Source: an uncultured Bacteroidaceae bacterium
GTDB taxonomy: Bacteria > Bacteroidota > Bacteroidia > Bacteroidales > P3
Reading direction: 5' to 3'
Length of the DNA: 52,203 nt
NCBI GenBank assembly: GCA_964436335.1
Contig: CAYTCD010000001.1
Span: 1 to 52,203 of the forward strand
In this document: one piece after another, positions 12,701 through 24,700 of the stretch
Position numbering within the stretch: the stretch's first letter is position 1
Layout: every line of letters begins with the position of its first letter
Notes under the pieces: model-generated
Told to the model about the DNA's origin: nothing
The model's input: the letters and a program-made list of their open reading frames with translations, nothing else
Databases searched by the model: none
Translations under genes and position numbers: made by a program

Positions 12701-15700
12701 TTTTCCAATGCGGAACACCACCCGTCACCGTATCGCCGTGAACCGTGTAATCGGCATAGTTGTAAACCGTATCGTCAGGTCCTGCTTCTGCACGGAAAGG
12801 ATAGAGGAATACCTTTGATCTTTCGCTCACAATGGAACTGTTCGAGGTGCAGCGGTATTTGCTAAACGCCCTTACACTGAACAATTCATCGCCGGTAAGG
12901 TTCCGGGTTACATAGTGCAGATCCTTGTCCGTGGCACCGGCAATGGGTTTGCCGTCGATATACCACTGCAGAGAGGGATCCTTCACGTTGAAGCCCTTGG
13001 CCTGGCCATAGACTTCGGCGTGCATATTCACCACCACATCACCGTTTTCGTAGAGACATGCGGTATCGATGGTGGGCGTAATCACCACTTTAAGTGTATC
13101 GGAGGGGAATATAACCAAAGTGGCCAGATCTTTGTTGCGAACCGAGTCGGCTACACAAGGCAGGCTCGACTTAACCCAGCAAACAATATCATAGTTGATA
13201 CCTTCTTCCATGCTCAACTGTTTGATGTTGAGCAGACTCAGATAAGGCGCATCCAAAGGCACGCTATTGCCCTTTTCATCACCCACATTCACGAGGAAGC
13301 CATTCACATACCAGCGGTACTGCGGATTTTCACCGCCGTTCACCACATTGGCCCTCACTTCGTAGTCTTGCGTGCTGCAGATGGTATCTACCTTGAGGCT
13401 GAGGGTCACTTCTACTTTGGGTTGCGGTATGGAAACAACATACAGTACACGCGAGGTAACGGGATCGTTGGCGGCATAGTTGTATTCTGTGGTATCCACG
13501 TGCAATACCGCGTATATCTTGCTGCCTACGGTGAGGTGGCCAAAATTAACCGTATCGCCTACATGAACCATCTTATCGTTGAGGAACCATTCGATATACC
13601 ACTTGTGGCTTCCATCGGCTGCCACGGGTCCGGCGTTGGAGGTGGCGGCGAACATACGGGTGTTTTCACTTACGCATACACGCAAGGTATCGCCCTCAAT
13701 GGTGCTGTTCGACTGGATATTGATACCCGCAAAGCGTTTCTGTAACACCTTGATGGTGTCGGTAAGCGTGTCTTGACGGTTCAGGTTGCAATAGCCGTTG
13801 TCCTGCAGGATCACCTGGAACACATAGGGTGAGCTCAAGGGGAAATCGGAGCCTTTGAGCGAAAGGAAATCCTTCATGCCATAACCCGACTTCCAATAGG
13901 TTCCGTTAATATACCAAACGTAGTAGATACTGTCTTTGTCGGCCGGTTCAACCGTGGTTACGGCATCGAACGTTTCACGCCAGGTTATCGAATCGGGCAG
14001 ACCTATCGAGGAGGAAGTAAAGCTGAGCGGACGGCTGTCCAAAGTATGTACCCGTACACTGTCGGGACCGTAAGTACATCCGTATTGATCGGTGTAATTG
14101 AGGTAGAATACCGTGTCTTTCTTGCGGTAAGGAACTTTCACGTCCACAGTGGTCGTGGTGTCGCCCGTGCTCCACAATACCTTGAGGCCGGGATCCAGAT
14201 CTACTGCCAGACGGGCCGTATCGTTACCGCAGAGTATGATACTCCTGCGGGCGGGCGCCGTATTGGACGGGAATTTATGGGCGGCCACACTTACCTGCAA
14301 GGTAGTGTCGCAGAAACCTTCGCCCTGAACGGTAACCGTATAGATGGTCTTGTTGTTGGTAGCCACCACTCGACGTATGCTGTCGGTAGATCCGTCATCC
14401 CAACGGTAGTTGATGCCACCTTCGGCCCGGAGAACCATTGTGTCATTGAAACACAGCAACGTATCCACCGCATTGACGCTTACCTTGTGCGAACGGCCTT
14501 TATAAACAGCAACGGGTTCGCTGTTGGCGCTGTCGGAAGCCGGACAGTTGTTGGATGCGAATACAGTTACAGAAATGCTGTCGCCTTCGGCTACCGTGGC
14601 TGTATAAGAGGCTCCGTTATTGGCTGCCGGTACCAAAACGCCGTTGTGATACCATCTGTAGCGCGGATTATCGCTGTATTCTACATTGTAGCGTGCGGTA
14701 AAGGTATTTTCCGGTTTACAGAACAAGGTGTCGGAACTTTCTATCCATACCTTGCCTTCTATTCTATCGTGAACTTCCGCTATGCCGTAAAGAACCAACG
14801 AATCGGGTGCGGCACCTTGCGGAACACCCATTCCGGCCAAGTCAACATGTACCACCACGCTTACCGAATCTTCATGGTTCAGCATACCTACTGTCGCGGT
14901 ATATACACTGTCTGTATGGCCTACAAATACACCGTTCACATACCAGTCGAACGACGGACGGGGACCCAAGTTCTCACCGCTTATCGTACCCGTTGTTTCC
15001 CAACCCAAGCAAACCGTGCTCAAGCTCAAAGTGGCCGAAGGTATCTTGGTGTTGACGGTAAGAACCGTGTCGCAGAATCCGGCTTTGCTTACGGTAACGG
15101 TAAAGAGGAATTCACCGCCGGTAACAGACAGACCGCGAACATCTCTCGTATCGTTGTCGAACCAGCGGTAGGTATCTCCGCCATAGGCTTTAAGTACAAG
15201 GCTGTCGCCCGCCGCCGTGGCATTTTCCACTTCCGCCCAAGCGGATACCGCTTTGGCCTTGCGGCCTACACCCACCTTCGGACTGCTGGCAGAATCGGAG
15301 GCCGGACATTCGTTGGCCGCGAATACGGTTACAGAAACGCTGTCGCCTTCGGCTACCGTGGCTGTATAAGAAGCCCTGTTGTTGGCCGCCGGTACCAAAA
15401 CGCCGTTATGATACCATCTGTAGCGCGGATTATCGCTGTATTCGGTATTGTAATGTGCGGTGAATGTATTTTCTGTGCCGCAGAACAATGTATCGGCAAT
15501 TTCTATCCATATCTTGCCTGCGATAGCGGAAGTAACGCTCGCCACGCTTTCGGCCATTACCGAATCGATAAGCGGACAAGGCACTTTGGTGTAGTCGGGA
15601 TAAACCACCACACGAACAAGATCACCGCTATCTACCACACCCAGGTTTTCGTTCAGATTGCCGGAGGTTTTTACCAAACTATCATTCAGATACCAGTTTA

Positions 15701-18700
15701 CAAGCGGATTATCGCCTAAGTTTTTGCCCGTAACAATGGCGGTGACGGTCTTGCCCGTACATACTTCGGGTACGGAGAGTTCAATACTGGGTTCGGCCGG
15801 AATTTCGTAGTAGTAGAGCAGTTCGTTGCTGGAGTTGGAACAGGTATCCACGCTTTTGATACGACGGATACGCAACTCCCTACGACCGTTCGTGGAACCT
15901 TCTACCGGCAACAAATCGCTGTAATGTACCGTATAATCCTTATCGTCCACCTTGCCGGGAGCAACGTTCCACATACCGCCATTTTCTTGCGTGGTATCGG
16001 GATAGAAGGCTTCCCAACGGTAGGAGAACTCATCGGATTCTATCAGATATGCAAGGGTGTTTTCAGCCTTGGCCGAATCTCCCACACAAATGGCACCGCC
16101 TTCTCCTATTGAATTGTAGAGAACCACCACATTTACCGGAATGGTGTCGCTCCATAAGGTGAATTCCTTGTTGGAACAGGTGTTGATATAGGTAAACGAG
16201 GCATAAACCCTGATGGAATCGCTTACCGATACCAAGGCCGATTTTTCGGTGCTTTCAACGGTGGAAGCCGGTATGGTGTACCACCGGTATTCGCCGGTTA
16301 CGTTGATGGTATCGTGTTCAGCCGTTACGTCCACCATTAACGGTTGGCCGTCTTTGTTGCAGTTGTAACGCTGAACATAGCGCAGATGGAAACCACCCAC
16401 GGTGTCTCTTTCACGGATATCGATTGTGAGTTCAACCGGTTCACTCTTACAGTTGCCCGCCTGCTGGATGGCATAATAAGTGTAAGTACCTACCGTGCTG
16501 CGAACCGAATCGGGCAAAACGAGCCGGATACTGTCTTGACCGATGGCACCTTCGGAAAGTGCTATCTGGCCCGCCGTATCGGCATACCATCCTATAATGG
16601 CTTCTTCGTCTCCGTTGTAGGCTATCAACGCATCCATCGGACTGTGGGTGCAATATCCGCCGTCACCGGATACCTGCAGGTTGGGCAGATGCTTGGGCTT
16701 GGGCAAGGAAATATGAATGGTGTAGTCAGCCACAAAGGAACAACCGTTGGCGGCTTTTACAGCCGGAACATACGTACCCTCGTCAACGGGTTTGAAGTAA
16801 TTGCCCGCCGACCATGTCTTTCCTCCGTCGATGCTGTAGGAAAGTCCCATCGTATCGGCTTGACCGAATAAGGCCGTGAGACCGATGGCGGCCGTGTCGA
16901 AGCGGCAGGGTTCCTGATTCTTGATATACAGACCACGGGCCTCAACCAAAGAAGGCGTGAGGTTGACAACGGGACGCAAAGTATCGTAGGCCACAATACC
17001 CGTTTCACACTCATCGCCGCCCAGAACGGCTTCAACAATAATGTACTGAGACAATTCCCAATTGGTGATGTGGCAGGTATTGTAAAGGCCTTTTTGCAAC
17101 ATCCGCGGCGAGATGGCGCTGTCGGTCATGCTGTACCAAGTGTAGAAAACCGGTATCGCGGTGAGTTCGCCATCCATATAGGCCTTGGCACTGAGATCGG
17201 AACTTGTACCGGTACATACAGGCATCAAGCTGTCTATCTTCACGCTCAGATGTTTGGCCGGATATACCGTTACATCCTTGCTTACACTGAAAGCGCGTTG
17301 ACTGAGAGGACAAACCTTGGTAACAACTTCCGAACTGTCGCTTACAGTAAGCGTTATCTTGTAGGTACCCGGTTTAAACGCCCTTACATTGTAGTTGTAT
17401 CCGGTCGCCATCAGAATCGTGGTGTCGATAGGCGGAACGGAAGTCCAGGAAAGCCGCAGGTCGGAATTGGCCAAACCGCCTGTGATAAAGGCTTCGAAAG
17501 TTCCAATCGAATCCAGACAGATGGTATTGGGTCCGTAGATGGCCGGTTGGATAAGACAGGTATCGGCCACACGCACCATTACACTGCCCTTGTTGCTACA
17601 TCCGTTAGAATCGGTTACAGTAAGGGTGTAGCGCGTGGTGTAATATTGGTTGCGGGTTAACGAAGAATCTTGATCCGGAGTGCGGAGCGTGGTGGAAGGC
17701 AATCCGTTCCAATGGAACTTATAGGGAGCCTGCCCACCCTCAACATGGCCATATACCAAGGCATCATCGCCCTTGTTTATTACCGTATCGGGACTCATTG
17801 TCAGATACGGTTTAGGATTAGCCATAATTTCCAAGGTATCGGATACCCGCATGCGATCCACACAACGGTTCTGATTGTTGCGGACGGTAAGCACCAAGGT
17901 TATCTTTTCCTGACCTTCCACACTGTCCAGATAAAGCGTATTGCCCGATCCGCCAATCATACGGCCTCCTCTGAACCACTGGTAATAGTCACCCGGGTTG
18001 GAGGCACCCTTGGCGGTAAAGGAAACAGGGGTGTTGCGACATACCACCGTGTCGCCCGTAATGTGGGTGGTGGGTTTGGTGTATTCCACCACATCCAGAT
18101 AGAGTTCGTGGCTATAAACCGTATCGCAATCAAGACGGGAATCGGTGGCAACCGCCAAACAACGGAACATGGTATAGGCTTTGTCGTATTCCGCCTTGGT
18201 TTGGGGAATCACCAAAGTAACATCGTTCTGACCCACTTTCTGGGCAAATTCCGTACCGTCTATTTCCACATCGCTCCAGGTGTTGCCACCATCGTGCGAT
18301 ATCTGCCAGATATACAAATTAGTGTAGGGACGGAAGCCCTGTACCTGCAGGTAGATATAGGAAGTGTCGCCCGCACAGGCATCGGTGCCCGAACCACGCA
18401 AAACAAACTGCGGACATATAAGCACTTCCACATGAACGCCCGCCTGGTTACCGGCACAGCCTATCTTATTCTTGGCCTGAACGGTATAGTAATGGTCAAT
18501 CTTCGATCTCACCCTTACCGCACTGTCGGTAAACTTCCACGGTGCCTGAACGTCGAACGCCGGATACCATTCGTAGGTGAGACCCGGTTCCCAGTTATCG
18601 GTCACCATCGACCAAATATCCACCAAAGAGTTGTATTTCACCACAGTGTCTTGGTAGGCTTCCAGAATAGGCGCCGGCATAACCTCCATGTGAACCACAC

Positions 18701-21700
18701 GGGTCTGCTTGCGGTTGGTATCCAGACAGGAAGTTTCGGCACTGGCGGTGATGATGGCATAAACGCTGTCGCCGTCTTGCAGACTGTCGGTTACGTAGGT
18801 CTGACCGGTAAATACCAGTTTATCGTTCAGATACCATTCGGTAACGGGACTGAGACCGGCATCGCTCATACCCGAAATTACCTGGGTGGCGTTGAAGCGA
18901 ACTTCCGAAAGGAGACAAACCTTTTCACCGGGATAAACGTCGATATTGACACCCATCACGCCATTGGGCGTTACAGGCAGATACAGCTTGGGCGAAGGAA
19001 CAGGGTTATGGTTGCTGTTGAAGGCGCAGATGGCATAACTGCTATCTACATATACTTGCGCCCAAACGAATTCTTTTACGCCCACACTGTCGAAATACAT
19101 GCTGTCGGCACGGACGCCGGCAGCCACCAGCATATTGCCGCGATACCAGTTGTAGCGCAAAGCCGAATCGGGAATGGAAGGCGTACGGTTCACTACCGTG
19201 GAACGAACCATATATCCGCTGTTTTCGCACTTCTGGCCGTCGTGTTCCAAAGTAAGGAATACAGGATGATAGCCCATCGGGGCTTCAATCACCAAAGTGT
19301 CGGAAACGGTCTGCAAACCGTCGCACTTGGTCATACCGCTCACCTGATAAACCACCGTATCGCCGTCTATAAAGCCTATGGTGCGGCTATAGAGGGCACT
19401 GTCGGAAGATACTAACTTGCCGTTGCGATACCATTTGTGACTCATCGGGGCGGAAATCGACCCGGCCCTGTTGCTCAACTTAATCTGCGGCAATTCCACA
19501 TAGTGGATGGCATCGATGGCCGTACCGGGCGTATGCAACGAAACTTCGGGCGTGAAAGGCTGTTCGGGCGAACGTTCTTTAACACGACGAAGCAATACTT
19601 CGTTCTTATAGTAGGATACATAACCACCTTCACGGATAATAAAGAGGATATCGCCCGCGCTCCATTCGCCATAGGTACCCACCTGGCCACCGCGTTCATA
19701 AATCTGGAGATACGGTTTTCCGTTATCCCAACTGAGGTAGAACGCATGGTCGGCATCGTAGTTGCACCACCAGTTTCCATACCACCAGCTGTGATGCCAG
19801 TGGGCACGGCCCTGATAGTTTATACCTACCATGGCGGGGGCTTCCTTGCCGCTTACCGAGTAACGCATCAGGAAGTTGCCGGACAACACGGTAGAAGATT
19901 CGAGTTCTTGCCAACCGCTGCCAGTGCTTCCATCGCGGATAATCTGGCCGTTATTGAGATAAACAAGGCTACCCGAACTTCTCCATGCAGGCTGTTGCGG
20001 AGACGGACTCTGGCAGGAATCCAATTCCTGTTCCAGTTCAGCCCAAAGCGTATCGGCTTTAACAACACCCACAAATACGGTATCTCTTGTAACACAACCC
20101 GAACCGCCGTTAGCTTCCACGCAGAAATAAGAAGGCGAACGCGGCATGGAAACGGTAATGGTATTGGTGTCCGAACCGATATTTCTATGTTCGAAATATA
20201 TCGTGGTATCTACCGAACGTTCACTTCTAAAGGCCGTCCAGGTGTAATGTACATCGGAATCTTGTACGGGTTGCGCCCGCAATACCAAAGGACTACCGGC
20301 ACAGAGAGAATCGGGTACCGAAGCCAGATGCGTGTTGTAAACCACGCGCAAGGTGTCACGGTTCGAATTTACCTGCTTTTGTACCAAGCATGTGTTCTTG
20401 CTCACGATGTTAAAGTAGAACACATCGCCGTTGGCAATCGGTCCGGTATAGGTTACCGTGTCGCACTGGGATTTTCCTTCGCGACCTACCGTATAGGTAC
20501 CCGCCACCTTGTTGTTGCGGTAGAGGGTGGCCGTAGCATCAGGCAACCACCAATCACCTTCAAGAATAAATACGGGGTTTTCTCCTTCGCAAACCGTGCG
20601 GCGGTTCAAGGTAGAAACAGCCGTAAGTTCCTGTTTGATATTGAGAATAAGAACCGTATCGTAACTATGGCAACCCTTAGGCGTAACCACATCCACAAAG
20701 TAGGTGTAGAGACCGGTGTCGGGCGAGTTGAATATCATGTAAGAACCGTTCGCTGTGCCTTTGGTGAGACGGGAAGCCGGAGTCCAAGTGTAGCGGTAGG
20801 CGGATTTGCCGGCCGCATCATAAGCCGAATCCTTCAGGTCTAGGTTCTTGCTGATACATACAAAGAGTGTATCGTCGGTAAAGTTCACTTCCGGCAAGGG
20901 ATACACACTCAGTTTCATGGTATCGGTGGCGTAGCAATCACTCAGTTTGTTGATCATGGTGGCCACCAATGTACCGCTCTTTTGGGCAACGAAACGGATA
21001 GCATTGTCGAGTTCCGAATCAAGCGGCAGAGCCACTTTACCGATACGTTCCACAATGCTGTCACGGTTGCCGCTCTGGCTCAACAGCGTATCATAAACCG
21101 TGCCTTCGGTAATAAAGTTCCATTCGGTGCGATAGATCCAATTGGTAACTGAATCGGGTTCTTTACCGGCCGTTACACTGAAGTAGAGGCTGTCGCCGAT
21201 GCAGACTTCGCGATCGGGACCCAGATTGGGCTTGGGCAGTTCGAATACCACCACCACAATGCGCTTAAAGTCGGTACAACCATCCTGGTTAGCCCCCGTT
21301 ACACGGTAGGTGGTGGTCTTCTTAGGCCATACCAACAGACTGCTGTCGTGGATAGCGTCCGGATCACAGTCAACCGCCAGTGTCCATTCGTAAGAAATCG
21401 CACCACCGGCCACAAGCCATACCGAATCGCCAAGACATACATAGGCGGTATCGTCCAGACGGAGGAAATCGCCCGGATCGGGAATACGTACCGTAATCGG
21501 GTTGGATTCGGCCGCCGGACGTTCCATGCAGACGTCGTTGCTCTTTACAAGAAGGCTTACCACGTCATTTTCTTCAAAACGGTATTTATGGTCGATAAGG
21601 CTGTCCTTGCCGTTGCCGAATTCAAACGATACACCGTTTACCTTCCAATCGTAATCAGGTGTATTTACAGGAGGTTCAACCACAACGGAACCGAATACGA

Positions 21701-24700
21701 TACCCGAAGCGCGATACTCGATGGTAGCGCTGTTTATGGCCGAATAAACATCGTGGTAGGCGTGTCCGCAATGGTTGCAGGTAGAATAAATCGAGAATCC
21801 TGCCCGATAGGTACCCACGGAATCTCTCTGTTGTGAGGTATAGAACACCACGCCATTCTTGAGATAGCGGATCACGCTGTCGGCGATTTCAACGGTAAGT
21901 TCATCCGAAGCGGTATATGAACCGAAAGCACCTATCCTGACACCGCTTTCATATACGGCCAAGTTTCCGTTTTCGAAATAAACAGCGTAGTTGATATGGC
22001 TATAGTGCGTTATCTCTGTACGCGAGGTAAGACCGAACATGGCGTAATTGTACGACCATACGCTGGTGGCCTTTGCGCTCACCGAACCGTTGCCGGTGAT
22101 GGTTTGCTGAGAAACGGCGCCCGTGTTCCAGTCTGTGTTGTTGCAGTTGTTGGCAATTGCGTTACCGCTTACCGTAAGAGGTCCGTAAACGTGGGTAAAC
22201 ACAACGGGTTCTTTCTTCAGCGAATTGCAGGCCATCAACATATCCTGACCGATGGTAACCCCGAGCAGCTTGCGCGGACGGACATAAACCACCGTGTCGT
22301 CAACGTTTATATTGGAAGGAACAGCACAGGTATGCTTGGTTTCCAAACGCGCCGTAACCGTACTCTGTCGGTAGGTGTCTCCCGCATCCGCCAAGAAATC
22401 GCTGTAGGTGAGTTTGAGGCTGTTGGGGGTACCCGCTTCCTTACCGTCAACCAACCATGTAAAGCGGTAGTCGGATCCGGCATCACCCAAACGGGCTTCA
22501 AATAATACCTCCGTCATTTCGCAGACCGTATCGCCCTTGCCTTCCCTGCCGGCATCCAGACGGATAATATCGACCGTAGGCTTCCAAAGCTTATAGTTCT
22601 GGAACGTCAGCGTGTTGCTTCGTTTGGGCGAGTACTTGATACAGCTGTCCTGCGCCACATATATACAGTAAACCTGATCGCCGGTAGAGAATCTGGATAC
22701 CAAGGAATCGCCGGTATAGACGTACTCGAACTTGGAACTGTCGGCATATTTCACGTACCACTGGAAGATACCTGTATCGTAAGAAGGCGCGTGGGCCTGG
22801 AAGAGCACCAGTTCTTCGTTAGGACAAACGGTAAGACCCTTGTTGCTGTTGATCGAAACCAAAGCTTCGGGCATCTTCACGTAATGAATCTTCATCTGGG
22901 CGCTCTTCACGGTGCGTGTGGTTACGCAACGCTTGGCGGATTCCATTTCCACATAAATCGTGGACTGGTCAACCATGTACGGATAATGGTCGCTGAAGAG
23001 ACTGTCGGTACCTACCTTTTCGCCATTGAAATACCAGGTGTATTTAGGTGCACTACCGCCATACTCGGAAATATAGTGGAAGAAGTTTTCCACCTTCTGG
23101 CATTCGATGATATGCGCCGTATCACCCGTAACATCACCGGTGTAATCTATCCGTACGGTCGGCGTGGTGTTCTGTTCCACCCTCACGCGGATTGTGTCGC
23201 TGAACGTACAACGCGGGGTATTGATGGTGTATATATAATAGGTAAGCGAATCCAAGGGCGCGATACCCGTAAGCGTGTTGCGGTTCAACTGCGTGGGCAA
23301 GGTGGTCGGTGTGGTGGAATCCGAAGGAACTTCAATCCAACTGTATGTTACCCCACGGGTAGAAACCGGTATGGCCCGCAACGCGAGTTTGGAGCCGGCA
23401 CAAAGCAGGGTGTCGGGCGTTACCACACTCATCAACGGTTCGGGTGTGAGGGTAACGCTATCCAAGCCCTTACATCCGTGACGGTCAATACCTTCTACAT
23501 AATAGGTGGTTTCTTCAATCGGACTCACCTTCACCACGCTGTCATAACTGTCGAGCATGTGCGGAGCATAGACAAGCGGCAACATGGCTTTATCGGATGT
23601 TCCCTTGTAATACCATGTGTGGTAAATCGCACTGTCGGCGTGCAGGGCAACCGTGTCGCGACGGCAGAAAGTGAGGTCGTCTTCGGCCATCGTTACCAAA
23701 GGCAGGTAAATGGTGGGGGCAATGGCGTTGCTCATGGCCAAGGGTTCGGTAACGCAACCTATGCTGGAAGCCATGCCGCATTGAACACTGTCGCCGGGTT
23801 TGAGAGACCTTACATAGAAAGTACGTCCGTCTTTGCTTGCGTAAGCCAAGGTATCCTTAGCCTGTTTCAACGGCAAAGTGAGCGGAGCACCGTTTACAAA
23901 CCAAGTATATACAGGTTTGTTGCCCGGATAGGTTACCGAATCCACCTTAAATACCAGCCAGTCGCCGATACATGCAGCCGTAGTATCCACAACGATAGAT
24001 ACCGAAGTAGGCAAAGGTTCGGTAGGAATGATGGTGAACACAGGGGTCGTATCGGGCAAACATCCGTTCTTGCTGCCGATAACGCGATAATGGAGCGTAT
24101 CGTTTACCGGATCGGTATTATAGGAACTCGATACCGCACCTGCAATATCCTGCCAATCCACCGGTTTGGCCAGTGTATCGGAAGCCACCTGCCACAGATA
24201 GGTTTCCATCTTCGTATTGGAAGCGCTCATGTAACCGATGGAATCGATGCAGACATAGTTTTCACCGTTGATACGGCCGATATGCGAATCATCGTAAACG
24301 GCAACAGTAACCACGCTGCTTATAAACGGACAGCCATCGGAGTATACCACGCGGCGGAAATAACGCGTATAATCAATTGAACCCGACCACGTATAGGAAG
24401 CCGAACCCGTATCGCCGGGAGCGGGAAGGAAAGCAGATGCGTTGTTCGACGCACTGTATTGCCACTGATAGGTATATGTACCATCACCACCCGAAACAAC
24501 GGTGTTGCCCGTTATCCGGATATCTTCGGCTTCAGGACAAAGTGTGTTTTCCGGACCGGTTATCTGGTTCGAAATCGGTTCATATACCTTAACCTTAAGG
24601 ATAGGCGAAACATCTACAGGACATACTCCGTTGTGAACCGTAGCCCGGTAATATGTGGTGGATGCGCTGCCCTTGATGCGGTTGCTATCGGCCGAACCGC

